A DNA stretch of 64,000 nucleotides from an uncultured Clostridia bacterium (GTDB lineage: Bacteria; Bacillota; Clostridia; TANB77; CAG-508), in contig CAKOUU010000008.1 of NCBI GenBank assembly GCA_934120675.1, positions 1,420-65,419 on the forward strand. The letters are read 5' to 3'. Positions 40,244 through 49,973 of this stretch are shown in pieces. A program made the translations under genes and the position numbers. Numbering within the stretch: position 1 is the stretch's first letter; every line of letters begins with the position of its first letter. Below the pieces are notes generated by a model. That model ran no database searches. It was not told where the DNA came from and worked only from the letters and a program-made list of their open reading frames with translations.

Positions 40244-40397
40244 GTAACTTCTTCCCTTCTTTTTTATTTTTGTTTCGCTTTTGTTACATTTTCGTTACGA
40301 TTATATTACAAATTGTTAATTTTATCAATACATTTCATTGAATTTTTTAATTTTTTATATTATAATAATTACAGTTTAATAATTGCTTTATAATTTT

Positions 40398-40571
40398 GTG
40401 TGAAGATATGTATTTTTTATAATTTTTTCGGTTTCAATATACAATAAAAGAATTTCTAAATAAATTAATGGCACTCTTCCACATTGTGAACTCTTTCCAT
40501 TAATTTATTTAAGAACTTCTAATATTGTTTCATTCACACTCAAAAATTCTAAAAAATACATATCTTCACAC
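40398..40571. repeat. 174-bp imperfect nested palindrome in the mreB / tsaE divergent region
   Basis: 40398-40427 matches the reverse complement of 40542-40571 at 29/30 (GTGTGAAGATATGTATTTTTTATAATTTTT). The inner AAATAAATTAATGG / CCATTAATTTATTT matches 14/14. The centre contains CACATTGTG. Confidence 0.85.
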
Positions 40572-40624
40572 ACTATTACTATATTGTGTTTATAAAATTT
40601 TTATAAAATTTTAGGAGAATTTAA

Positions 40625-41095
40625 ATGGAAAATTATATATATAATTCAAAATCAGAAAATGATACAAAAAAATTAGCTATTAAAATGGCTTCTATGTTAA
40701 AAAAAGGTGATTTAATTGTACTTTGCGGTGAATTAGGTTCTGGGAAAACAAAATTTACAGAAGGATTTTTAACTTACTTTGGTTTAGGAAATGAAATTTC
40801 TAGTCCTACATTTACAATTGTTAATGAATATAAAAAAGATGATATTAATATTTATCATTTTGATGTTTATAGATTAGAGGATTCTTCTGAGTTCTATGCA
40901 ATTGGTGGAGACGAATACTTTGAAAATGGTATCTGCCTAATTGAGTGGGGAGAATTAATTGAAGATGCACTTCCAAATGAATATATTAAAATTGATTTTT
41001 CAAGAGATGATTCAAATGAAAATGAAAGAATTTTAAATATTCAATCTATTGGCAACAAATATGATAATATTATTGATAGTTTGAAAGGAGAATAA
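40625..41095 (+). CDS. tsaE: tRNA t6A biosynthesis ATPase TsaE
   Basis: 156 aa with LCGELGSGKTKFTEGF and SPTFTIVNEY. Confidence 0.9.
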   Translation: MENYIYNSKSENDTKKLAIKMASMLKKGDLIVLCGELGSGKTKFTEGFLTYFGLGNEISSPTFTIVNEYKKDDINIYHFDVYRLEDSSEFYAIGGDEYFENGICLIEWGELIEDALPNEYIKIDFSRDDSNENERILNIQSIGNKYDNIIDSLKGE

Positions 41096-41097
41096 TT

Positions 41098-41826
41098 TTG
41101 AAAGTTTTAGCTGTTGATACTTCTAGTAAATTGTGTAGTGTTGCAATTTTAGAAGATACAAATTTAATTAAAAAATTAGAATTAGATAATGGTTTAACGC
41201 ACTCTGAAACATTGATGCCATTAATTAAACAATTGTTAAACGAATGTGAGTTAAATTTAAGTGATATAGATTTATTAGTTTCAGACATCGGTCCTGGTTC
41301 CTTTACTGGTATTAGAATTGGAGTTAGCACTTGTAAGGCTTTTTCAGATAGTTTGAACATCCCTTGCGTTGGAGTTTCTAGTCTTGAAGTTTTAGCTCAT
41401 AATATCAAAGATGATGGAATTATTTGTAGTACTATTGACTGTAAAAATGATAACTGTTATTTTGCTCTATATCAATTAAACAATGGTGTTTATAGTGTTT
41501 TAGAAGAACCTTGTGCAAAATCTGTTAACGATGTTTTAAGTTTATTAAAATCTGATTATAATACCACAAATGTTAATTTTGTTGGAGATGGAATCTCTTC
41601 TGCTCAATTATGTAATTTCTGTATTGATAAATTTAACGCTGACAAGTCTAATTTTGAAAGTTCTAAAGAAGAGTTCTGCTCTTATCTAAATATTGAAAAT
41701 TTGGGAATTGCAGGTTTCACAAAATTTATTAATACAAATAAAATTGGTGAAAATATTTTACCTTTATATTTAAAAAAGCCACAAGCACAAATTCAATTAG
41801 AGGCTAAATTAAAAGGAAACATTTAA
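41098..41826 (+). CDS. tsaB: tRNA t6A biosynthesis protein TsaB (TTG start)
   Basis: MKVLAVDTSSKLCSVAIL, GPGSFTGIRIGVSTCKA. Confidence 0.9.
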   Translation: MKVLAVDTSSKLCSVAILEDTNLIKKLELDNGLTHSETLMPLIKQLLNECELNLSDIDLLVSDIGPGSFTGIRIGVSTCKAFSDSLNIPCVGVSSLEVLAHNIKDDGIICSTIDCKNDNCYFALYQLNNGVYSVLEEPCAKSVNDVLSLLKSDYNTTNVNFVGDGISSAQLCNFCIDKFNADKSNFESSKEEFCSYLNIENLGIAGFTKFINTNKIGENILPLYLKKPQAQIQLEAKLKGNI

Positions 41827-41839
41827 TTTTCTAAATATT

Positions 41840-42310
41840 TTGTGTCTTAAGGAAGGAATGAGATTTATTATGGATTTAAAATTAAGCAAGATGTCTATTG
41901 AGGATTTAAAAAGTATAAAAAATGTTTTAGCTTCTGACTTTGATAATTTTTGGAGCTATGATGTTTTAGAGGAAGAATTAGAATGTGACAATTCTTATGT
42001 AATTGTTGCTAAAGCTGACGAAAATACTATCGTTGGTTTTGCTGGTTTAAAAGTTATTTTGGATGAAGCCGATATTATGAATATTGTTGTAAAAAAAGAT
42101 TTTAGACATAATGGTATTGGCTCTGTTTTGTTAGAAAATTTAATTAATTATTCTAAAGATTTAAATTTAAAAACAATTACTTTGGAAGTTAATGAAAATA
42201 ATCTTTCTGCTATTCGTTTATATGATAAGTTTTCTTTTGATAAATTGGGTATTAGAAAAAATTATTATGATGGAAAAAGTGATGCAATTATTATGAGTAA
42301 AAAACTATAA
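41840..42310 (+). CDS. rimI: Ribosomal-protein-alanine N-acetyltransferase RimI (start uncertain, possibly 41870)
   Basis: GNAT core IMNIVVKKDFRHNGIGSVLLENLI, in the usual tsaE-tsaB-rimI gene order. Confidence 0.8.
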   Translation: MCLKEGMRFIMDLKLSKMSIEDLKSIKNVLASDFDNFWSYDVLEEELECDNSYVIVAKADENTIVGFAGLKVILDEADIMNIVVKKDFRHNGIGSVLLENLINYSKDLNLKTITLEVNENNLSAIRLYDKFSFDKLGIRKNYYDGKSDAIIMSKKL

Positions 42311-42388
42311 AAAAATGTCCTTTTGGGGACGGTTCTGTTTGGGACATCGGTTCCATTTGAGACATCGTCTTTAAAAAGGACATTTTTT
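42311..42388. repeat. Long hairpin between convergent rimI and thrS with three GGGAC/GAGAC-type units in its interior
   Basis: The stem AAAAATGTCCTTTT / AAAAGGACATTTTT encloses GGGGACGGTTCTGTTTGGGACATCGGTTCCATTTGAGACATCGTC. Confidence 0.75.
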
Positions 42389-42391
42389 ATT

Positions 42392-44317
42392 TTATTTTGT
42401 TTTATTTTCTACTTCTTCTTTTATTCTTTCTACAAATGCATCAGCATCCATAGTTTCATTTTCTGCACTTTCTCTTGAACGAACAGAAACTGTATTTTCT
42501 TCAACTTCTTTTGCTCCAACAACTAACATATATGGAACTTTTTCAAGTTGAGCCTCACGGATTTTATATCCAACTTTTTCATTTCTATCGTCTAAAACTA
42601 CACGAATTCCAGCCTTGTGTAATTTTTCTTCAAGTGTTTTTGCGTAATCATGTTGTGCATCTGTAATTGGTAATATTTTTACTTGTGTTGGTGAAAGCCA
42701 TAATGGGAATGCACCTTTTGTTTCTTCAATTAAGAAGCACATAAATCTATCAAATGTTCCTAAAATTGCTCTGTGGATTACAACTGGTCTATGTTTTTCT
42801 CCATCTTCTCCAACATATTCTAGCTTAAATCTTTCTGGTAATAAGAAGTCTAATTGACAAGTTGATACTGTTACATCATGTCCAACTGCTGATTTTAATT
42901 GAACATCTAGTTTTGGTCCATAGAATGCTGCTTCTCCTTCTGCTTCGTAGAAGTTTATTCCTAATTCTGTTAAAATTTCTCTTAATTGGCCTTCTGCTTT
43001 TTCCCACATTTCATCATCATCAAAATATTTGTGTGTATCTTTTTTATCTCTTAGTGATAATCTAAATTCATAATCTTTAAATCCAAAATCTTTGTAAACT
43101 GATAATATCAATTGTACAACTTTTCCAACTTCTTCTTTAATTTGGTCTGGTCTTACAAAAAGATGAGCATCATTTTGACACATTTCACGAACTCTCTCTA
43201 AACCGCAAACGCTTCCACTATCTTCATATCTAAAGTCATGTGCTAATTCTCCAATTCTTATTGGTAAGTCTCTATATGAGTGCATTTTATTTTTGTATAT
43301 TAGCATATGGTGTGGACAGTTCATTGGTCTTAATACCATTTCTTCATTATCCATTTTCATAACAGGGAACATATCTTCTTTGTAGTGATCCCAATGTCCT
43401 GAAACTTTGTATAATTCTGTATTTGCAAGTGATGGTGTATATACATGTTGATATCCCATTTCAACTTCTTTATCTTGAATGTATCTTTCTAATAGTCTTC
43501 TTACTGTTGCACCATTTGGTAAATACATTGGAAGTCCTGAACCTACTAATGGGCTTGTCATAAATAATTCTAGGTCTTTTCCTATTTTTCTGTGGTCACG
43601 TTGTCTTGCTTCTTCTAGCTTTTGCATATATTCATCAACTTGACTTGCTTTTGGGAATGATATTGCATAAATTCTTTGTAGCATTTTATTATGCTCATCA
43701 CCTCTCCAGTATGCACCTGATGATGATAATATTTTAACAGCTTTTACTTTTCCTGTTTTCATTAAATGTGGTCCAGCACATAAGTCTGTAAAATCGCCTT
43801 GTTTGTAGAAGCTTATTTCTTCTCCATCTGCTAAATCATTTATTAATTCTTGCTTATAGGCCTGACCTTCCATTAATTTTAAAGCTTCTTGTTTTGGTAA
43901 TGAAAATCTTTCTATTTCAATATCTTCTTTAATTATTTTTTTCATTTCAGCTTCTATTTTTTCTTTATCTTCGTCTGTAAATGGTTTTTCCACATCAAAA
44001 TCATAGTAAAATCCATTTTCAATACTTGGTCCTATTGCAAATTTTACGTTTGGAAATAGTCTTTGTACTGCTTGGGCCATTATGTGTGATGTTGTGTGCC
44101 AATATGCTTTTTTTCCGTCTAAACTGCTGTCAAATGTTTCTATACTTAAGTTGCAGTCTTCTTGTAATTCATATCTTAGGTCTTTTACTTCTCCGTTCAC
44201 TATTCCGCAAGTTGCTACTCTTGCTAATCCTTCACTTATTTCTTTTGCTACTTCATATATTGTGCTTCCTTGTTCAACTTCTTTTATTGAACCATCTTTT
44301 AATGTTAATTTAATCAT
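42392..44317 (-). CDS. thrS: Threonyl-tRNA synthetase
   Basis: 641 aa with a TGS N-terminus (MIKLTLKDGS), the editing-domain HTTSH, and class II motifs (FRYEDSGSVCGLERVREMCQNDAH). Confidence 0.97.
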   Translation of the reverse strand: MIKLTLKDGSIKEVEQGSTIYEVAKEISEGLARVATCGIVNGEVKDLRYELQEDCNLSIETFDSSLDGKKAYWHTTSHIMAQAVQRLFPNVKFAIGPSIENGFYYDFDVEKPFTDEDKEKIEAEMKKIIKEDIEIERFSLPKQEALKLMEGQAYKQELINDLADGEEISFYKQGDFTDLCAGPHLMKTGKVKAVKILSSSGAYWRGDEHNKMLQRIYAISFPKASQVDEYMQKLEEARQRDHRKIGKDLELFMTSPLVGSGLPMYLPNGATVRRLLERYIQDKEVEMGYQHVYTPSLANTELYKVSGHWDHYKEDMFPVMKMDNEEMVLRPMNCPHHMLIYKNKMHSYRDLPIRIGELAHDFRYEDSGSVCGLERVREMCQNDAHLFVRPDQIKEEVGKVVQLILSVYKDFGFKDYEFRLSLRDKKDTHKYFDDDEMWEKAEGQLREILTELGINFYEAEGEAAFYGPKLDVQLKSAVGHDVTVSTCQLDFLLPERFKLEYVGEDGEKHRPVVIHRAILGTFDRFMCFLIEETKGAFPLWLSPTQVKILPITDAQHDYAKTLEEKLHKAGIRVVLDDRNEKVGYKIREAQLEKVPYMLVVGAKEVEENTVSVRSRESAENETMDADAFVERIKEEVENKTK

Positions 44318-44407
44318 TTTTATTCCTCCATTCTATCTCTTTGTCTCTTTGGGAATGAGTTAGCTGTTCGAGCAAAGCGAGTTACAGATAACTTAAGCTT
44401 TAGCTCT

Positions 44408-44445
44408 GTTCTGTTTGAGACATTGTTTCCAAATGAGACATATTC
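44408..44445. repeat. 38-nt repeat in the thrS 5' UTR, a direct copy of 42332-42369
   Basis: GTTCTGTTTGAGACATTGTTTCCAAATGAGACATATTC versus GTTCTGTTTGGGACATCGGTTCCATTTGAGACATCGTC: 31/38 identical, same orientation. Confidence 0.75.
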
Positions 44446-44454
44446 TCCCATGTT

Positions 44455-44706
44455 GGATTTTGTATTCTCATACAAAAACACTCCCATAGATTTTTACATC
44501 TATAGGAGTGCATTTATTACACGGTTCCATCCTAATTTTTACTTAATTAAAAGATTATAACGCATCTTACACGTTTGGCTTATTCACCAAAAACTTGAAG
44601 AGTTAGTTTTTCAAATATGTTTTCTTGAACAAGCTTTCAGCCACGGCTAGTTCTCTCTTTTTAGTAACCTTTATTTTACTTTTCTCTTACTTGTTTTTTC
44701 TTATTA
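44455..44706 (-). promoter_or_regulatory. T-box leader (Thr specifier) with terminator, upstream of thrS
   Basis: Minus strand: promoter TTGACT(44737-44742)-17-TAAAAT(44714-44719). AGAGAG/GCTGAAAG stem I elements. Candidate specifier GAAAAACTAA (ACU). T-box sequence AATTAGGATGGAACCGTG (44520-44537). Terminator CACTCCTATAG...CTATGGGAGTG followed by TTTTT (44472-44510). Confidence 0.85.
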
Positions 44707-44883
44707 TATTTTTATTTTAATACCTTTTTGCTTAAAAGTCAATTGATTTTTTGATTTTTTGATTTTTTCTTTTTAATCCTTACGTAATGAAATTTTACAT
44801 TAATAATTTTTTTTATTTTTAATAATTTCAGGCCATAACGGTGGGATGCCTATAAAATAGACATCCCCTTCATTCCTATCAGT

Positions 44884-45366
44884 TTACTTATCAAGCACTT
44901 CTCTGTATGTGATAACATAAGACTCACCATATATATAAGTGCTTAATCTAGTACTAATATCTACTATCTCATACTTATCAAAATCAAATAAATTATAAAA
45001 ACTTTGATATTCTGATTGTTTACGTGTTTTGTATAAGTAGTACTTATATGCTACAGCTTCATTTGCATTATCATCTTCTTTTTTACCATATGTTACAATA
45101 TATGATTCGCCATAGCAATATGTATCCATACCTGTTGTAATATCAATTATTTTATAGTTTGTATTATCAAAAGTTGTAAGGAATTTAAGGTATTCCTTAT
45201 CGTCTCTTGTACTATAAATTGATATTGAATTCAAGGATGAATCGTCTGTTTCTAATGTTGTATCACTTGTGTCATCAAGAGTTACTATATTACTTGATTC
45301 GCCACAAGAACAAAGTACTATGGTCATACATACAACCAATAAAAATAAATAATACCGTTTTTTCAT
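44884..45366 (-). CDS. Lipoprotein with an internal duplication
   Basis: Lipobox LCSCG after a signal peptide. YCYGESYIVTYGKKEDD and YIYGESYVITYREVLDK mark two repeated modules. Confidence 0.7.
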   Translation of the reverse strand: MKKRYYLFLLVVCMTIVLCSCGESSNIVTLDDTSDTTLETDDSSLNSISIYSTRDDKEYLKFLTTFDNTNYKIIDITTGMDTYCYGESYIVTYGKKEDDNANEAVAYKYYLYKTRKQSEYQSFYNLFDFDKYEIVDISTRLSTYIYGESYVITYREVLDK

Positions 45367-45553
45367 GAGATATTCCTCCTTACAATTGTTATATGAGTAT
45401 TAATTGTTACATGCTATTTTTATTGCATAGCTACAAAACCTAAATATATTATACTTTAAACTTACATAAATTTCAATTAATTTCAGTATTTTTTGATTTT
45501 TTCTTTATTTTGTGGTATAATTTAATTATCAATTACCCAAGGAGGAATTACAT

Positions 45554-45832
45554 ATGACATATGACGAAAACCAAAACCACTCCAAGAAAGATTTAGTTGA
45601 CATCTTGAAAATGGAATATTACGAAAACTACTACAGGAAAGATTCTATTGACATATCTAAAATGCCTTTAGAAAAATTAGAAACTTTACGGGATCTTGCT
45701 CGATATAGAATATCCCAAACTAATTTAGGTGATAAGAAAAAGTTGATTATTTTGAGGCAAGTGCTTTTAACTCTTAATCACCGCATTTTGATGAGAAAGT
45801 TGATTGAACATAAATATTCCGGTCTTTCTTAA
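45554..45832 (+). CDS. Hypothetical protein
   Basis: 92 aa. SD AAGGAGGAAT. A terminator follows. Confidence 0.5.
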   Translation: MTYDENQNHSKKDLVDILKMEYYENYYRKDSIDISKMPLEKLETLRDLARYRISQTNLGDKKKLIILRQVLLTLNHRILMRKLIEHKYSGLS

Positions 45833-45840
45833 AAGTCATC

Positions 45841-45870
45841 AATGCTCCCATATTTGGGAGCATTATTTTT
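45841..45870 (+). terminator. Intrinsic terminator
   Basis: AATGCTCCCA-TAT-TTGGGAGCATT followed by ATTTTT. Confidence 0.7.
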
Positions 45871-45893
45871 CTTATATATAATAATATTATTTA

Positions 45894-45969
45894 TGGAGCT
45901 TACAGCGAGGATTGAACTCGCGACCTCGGCCTTACCAAGGCCGCACTCTACCAACTGAGCTATGCAAGC
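45894..45969 (-). tRNA. tRNA-Thr (anticodon GGU)
   Basis: Hand fold: GCTTGCA/TGTAAGC acceptor, GCTC-AGTTGGTA-GAGT D-arm, anticodon loop TTGGTAA, T-arm GCGAG-TTCAATC-CTCGC, encoded CCA. 76 nt. Confidence 0.9.
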
Positions 45970-46060
45970 ATATAGATTGTTTCAAACTTTCACATAAGCT
46001 TTTGACAACCATTTTATAACAAACTGACAACTATAATAATTAATATCAATTTTAAAGTCA

Positions 46061-46096
46061 ATGCCCTATTTGGAACTAATATTCCAAAAAGGACAT
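46061..46096. repeat. Hairpin downstream of sigH sharing its stem with the 42311-42388 element
   Basis: ATGCCCTATTTGGAA-N6-TTCCAAAAAGGACAT. Compare ATGTCCTTTTGG...AAAAAGGACAT at 42314/42373. Confidence 0.55.
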
Positions 46097-46105
46097 TTTC
46101 AAATT

Positions 46106-46777
46106 TTAAAATAAATTTTTTATTGCTTTTTTTCTTATTCTTTGTATTGCATTATCAACTGATTTTATCGGTGTATCAAGCCTTTTAGCAATAACTTCAT
46201 AACTTTCACCTTGCATATATCTTTCCAAAACTTGTCCTTCAAATTTGCTTAAAGACTTATGCACAGCATTTTGTATTTCGTCAAATGATTCTTGTTTCAT
46301 TATTGTTTCTAGCGGATCTTCTATTGTATCTACTTCAAAAGTTTCAATCAATTCTGTACCATCTTCGTCGTTTTCGTACGCTGATGTATTTAATGACAAA
46401 TATGAATTAAGTGGCATATGCTTTTGCCTGTTAGAACTTTTTATTGCAGTTATTAATTGTCTTTCTATACATAAATTTGCAAATGTTTTAAATGTGTTTT
46501 GTTTACAATGGTCAAACCCTTTAATTGCTTTATACAAACCTATCATTCCCTCTTGGATAATATCTTCTCTTTCTGCTCCAATAATAAAGTATTTTCCGAC
46601 TTTTGAGTTTACTAAATCTTTATATTTATCTAGCAAAAATGATAAGGCTTGCTCGTCTCCATCTTTTATTTGAGATATTATTTGTTCGTCTGTTAAATTT
46701 GCATACTTTTCTGTTGTATAATATATGTTACTATTTTGCATATGTCTTAAATACCTCCGCTTGTTACTTTTAGTCAT
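46106..46777 (-). CDS. sigH: RNA polymerase sigma factor SigH (Spo0H)
   Basis: REDIIQEGMIGLYKAIKGFDHCKQNTFKTFANLCIERQLITAIKSSNRQKHMPLNSYLSLN and the C-terminal HTH SYEVIAKRLDTPIKSVDNAIQRIRKK closely follow the SigH pattern. Confidence 0.9.
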   Translation of the reverse strand: MTKSNKRRYLRHMQNSNIYYTTEKYANLTDEQIISQIKDGDEQALSFLLDKYKDLVNSKVGKYFIIGAEREDIIQEGMIGLYKAIKGFDHCKQNTFKTFANLCIERQLITAIKSSNRQKHMPLNSYLSLNTSAYENDEDGTELIETFEVDTIEDPLETIMKQESFDEIQNAVHKSLSKFEGQVLERYMQGESYEVIAKRLDTPIKSVDNAIQRIRKKAIKNLF

Positions 46778-46794
46778 TATATCTTTTAAAGTCC

Positions 46795-48486
46795 TTAAAA
46801 GTCAAGACTTTCTTTTAAAAATGTCCAAAAATTATCTGTTTCCATGCCTTTTTCCCAAGAGGCAACTCCAGCTAAATTATTATTTCTGATTAAGTTTATT
46901 TTTTCTGTTAATGATTTTTCATCTTCTATCCAAATTTTCTTTGTATATTGACCATCTTGGTATTCTACATAGTATTGTTTTAAGTTATCGTCCCATTGTT
47001 TTTCTACTCCAGCAGGAATTACATTATACATATTTTTTAATGATACTGTAGTTTGTTTTACAACTTTTCCTGAGCTGTCTTCTGTCCATAATCTTGTGTA
47101 TAGTGGAATAGCTAAAATAATTTTATCACTTTTTATTTCTTCTGTTTTTAAAAATTTGTTCAAGCTTACATTTACCCAGTCATATCCTGCTGTTGTTCCT
47201 GATTTATTACTTGATGTTCCATATTGGTCATATGCCATAAATATTATATAATCTGCAACATCTCCAATTACATTTCTGTCAAAACACATTGACCATGTTT
47301 CAGAGCCATCTGGTGCAGTAACATCAACAGATACTACAAGTCCCATATCTTTTAATCTAGGTGTTAATTCTATTATAAATCTAGAATACATATCTTTGTC
47401 TTCTTGTTTCATATTTTCAAAGTCTATATTTATACCATCTAATTTATATCTAACACAAGCAACTACTATTTCATTTATTAATTCTTGTCTTTTATTGTAG
47501 TCATTCATTATATCTGAAGTAACATTTATCATTCCATTTCCTGCATTTTGAACCATTGGCCATACTTTATATCCATTTGAATGTGCCCATTCTATATATT
47601 CTTGACCTGCTTGTCCTATATTTTCAGTTAGTTCTCCTTTTGAATTTAAGTGGAAGAATGCTGGTGATACAACATTTACGCCATCCATTGTAACCCCTGT
47701 TCTATCTGGAGCTGTTGCTACTTCTGAATAATAGTCCCAAACTAAATTTACTTTTCCATCTATTTGTTTTGATTCTTGCATTTCTTCTCTAACTACTACT
47801 GTATTTGCTATTTTGTTAGATTTTACAAAACCAACTTTTCCATTTTCAGTTCTTATTTTTGCATACCCTTTATCTTCTGAAACAACTATTACATAACTTC
47901 CTTTTTTTACTCTGTCTACTGTTTTTGCTATAAATTTTGTTGAAGATTTTACTGCTACATCTTTTGTTATTATTGCCTTTTTTTGTTCTTTTGATGTTGA
48001 ATCTATTGTTAATACTTTTGAATTTTCTATATATTTAATTTCTATTCCATATACATCTTCTAATTCTGTTATTGGAATATATATTGTTCCATTTCTGTTT
48101 TCCGCATGTGCATATGTATTTTTATTTGAACCATTTACATTCATTTTGTTTTCTTCTAAGCTTATTGTTGCTATTTTATTATTGTATGTTGTTACTATAT
48201 TATCATTTTCTTTGTCTTCATATATGTATTTATCAAAAAAGTTTCCTAAATCTTGTTTTGATATGTATATGTTGTCATTTTCTATTATGATTTCTTTCTT
48301 TAAGTTTGATGTTACATTTTTGTTGTTTATTACCAAGTTGATGTTTTTGTTTTTGTCTAGTATTATGTGATTATTTATGTTATAGGCTATAATTCCTATT
48401 AAAATTATTCCTATTATTGTTATAAATGTTTTTATTATTCTTTTTTTCTTTTTTTCTATTTGTTCTTTTGTCATTCTTTGTTTCAT
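46795..48486 (-). CDS. GH18-family glycoside hydrolase with an N-terminal anchor, stalk domain and SH3b-like domain (YaaH/YdhD-like)
   Basis: 563 aa with the GH18 catalytic motif GINIDFENM, an SH3-like KGSYVIVVSEDKGYAKIRTENGKVGFVKS, and an N-terminal TM. Confidence 0.8.
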   Translation of the reverse strand: MKQRMTKEQIEKKKKRIIKTFITIIGIILIGIIAYNINNHIILDKNKNINLVINNKNVTSNLKKEIIIENDNIYISKQDLGNFFDKYIYEDKENDNIVTTYNNKIATISLEENKMNVNGSNKNTYAHAENRNGTIYIPITELEDVYGIEIKYIENSKVLTIDSTSKEQKKAIITKDVAVKSSTKFIAKTVDRVKKGSYVIVVSEDKGYAKIRTENGKVGFVKSNKIANTVVVREEMQESKQIDGKVNLVWDYYSEVATAPDRTGVTMDGVNVVSPAFFHLNSKGELTENIGQAGQEYIEWAHSNGYKVWPMVQNAGNGMINVTSDIMNDYNKRQELINEIVVACVRYKLDGINIDFENMKQEDKDMYSRFIIELTPRLKDMGLVVSVDVTAPDGSETWSMCFDRNVIGDVADYIIFMAYDQYGTSSNKSGTTAGYDWVNVSLNKFLKTEEIKSDKIILAIPLYTRLWTEDSSGKVVKQTTVSLKNMYNVIPAGVEKQWDDNLKQYYVEYQDGQYTKKIWIEDEKSLTEKINLIRNNNLAGVASWEKGMETDNFWTFLKESLDF

Positions 48487-48917
48487 TTTTTCTTTTCCTT
48501 TCGCATATTTATTTTATACTTATACTATATCATAAGTTTTTAAGTTATAAAAGAGGTTTTTTATAATTTTCCGAATTTATAAAAACAAAAACTACCAATA
48601 TATTTCGTTATTGAAAAAGAGCAGGATATTTTCCTGCCCCTTTTTAATTATGCAACTAAACAAGCATCAATAAATTTCTGTGTAATGCTATACTTGACTT
48701 CTTCATCACACTTTAGAAATCCTTTTTCTGCCATTTCTTGCATCAATTCGATTTCCCGTGAACTTACACTGTTGTCGCACAAATCTTTGTATTCATCACT
48801 GGAAAAAGTCTGTTAATCATTGAAATTAAATGGTTAGTAGACTTTTATTTGCTTAACTTGACAAGTGTTGAATTTTATGTTAATGTATATGTTAACAAAC
48901 TTAAAGGAGGAAACATT

Positions 48918-49382
48918 ATGAATAAAAAAGCAAAATACAAGGAATTAGCAAAGAAGGCATTTCGGCAAGCTTTAAAAGAAGAAGAAGGTTTAATTTCTCT
49001 ACAAATTGATCCTTTGGTTCACCTCGACGAAGTTGATTTCAATAACAAGGAGGAATTTAAGGCATTTATGAATCGTTCTTGCCCATTCTTTATGGATATT
49101 GAAGATAAAGAAGGATGGCAAATTTGTATTGACACTTTACAAAAATTAGTTATACAAAAATATAACAATTTGGAAAACGAGGAATTAAAACCAACTCAAG
49201 CATTACAACTTATATTATTAATGGAAACATTTTCTAGTATGACATGGATACAAGATAATCTGAAAGAAAGATTGACAGAATTGCCAATGTCAACATATTT
49301 AGTATCTAAACTTTATATTATGCCAAATATAGTTCCAGAAGATTTTTTTGAGTTTTTCAAAGAATTAAATAAAGTATTTTAA
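48918..49382 (+). CDS. Hypothetical helical protein, tandem paralogue 1
   Basis: MNKKAKYKELAKKAFRQALKEEEG... SD AAAGGAGG. Shares YNNLENE.LKPTQ...ILLMETF and the ...ELNKVF end with 49494-49973. Terminator at 49391-49426. Confidence 0.6.
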   Translation: MNKKAKYKELAKKAFRQALKEEEGLISLQIDPLVHLDEVDFNNKEEFKAFMNRSCPFFMDIEDKEGWQICIDTLQKLVIQKYNNLENEELKPTQALQLILLMETFSSMTWIQDNLKERLTELPMSTYLVSKLYIMPNIVPEDFFEFFKELNKVF

Positions 49383-49493
49383 CTTTTTAGACACAAGAAC
49401 TTAAATTAAGTTTTTGTGTTTTTTTCTGTTAGCTTGAAAAATATCACATTTTATGTTAATATATGTGTTAACAAACTTAAAGGAGGAAACATT

Positions 49494-49973
49494 ATGGATA
49501 AAAAAGTAAAATATAAAAAATTAGCAGAGAGAGCATTTCGGCAAGCTTTAAAAGATGAAGAATATTCACATATATGCATAGATTCTCAAGTAGTATCTTT
49601 AATGCATAATAGCGACATCGAAAGGTATTATAATACCAAGAAAAAATTCAAAAAATTTATAAATGAATATTCTCCTTTTTTCATAGAAATTGAGTCTAAG
49701 AAAGACTTGCCAATTCTTTTAGAAAATTTGAAACGTTTAGTTATGCAAAAATATAACAACTTAGAAAATGAAAAATTAAAGCCAACTCAAGTTGCATTCA
49801 TTATATTATTAATGGAAACATTTGGGGACTTAACAATGGTACAAAATAACTTAAAGCAACGAGTTAACGATTTTCCTATTGCAGCATATGTAGTGGCACA
49901 ATTTTATATTATACCTGATATAGAACCTGAAGTCTTTGTAGAATTTTGCAAAAAACTAAATAAGGTATTTTAA
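49494..49973 (+). CDS. Hypothetical helical protein, tandem paralogue 2
   Basis: MDKKVKYKKLAERAFRQALKDEEY... Its leader (GTTAACAAACTTAAAGGAGGAAACATTATG) is identical to that of paralogue 1. Terminator at 49983-50018. Confidence 0.6.
   Translation: MDKKVKYKKLAERAFRQALKDEEYSHICIDSQVVSLMHNSDIERYYNTKKKFKKFINEYSPFFIEIESKKDLPILLENLKRLVMQKYNNLENEKLKPTQVAFIILLMETFGDLTMVQNNLKQRVNDFPIAAYVVAQFYIIPDIEPEVFVEFCKKLNKVF

Noticed and set aside
44744-44767. The tandem 8-mer TGATTTTT x3.
   Set aside because: It is a short low-complexity T-rich repeat next to the thrS promoter, of a kind expected by chance in this composition.
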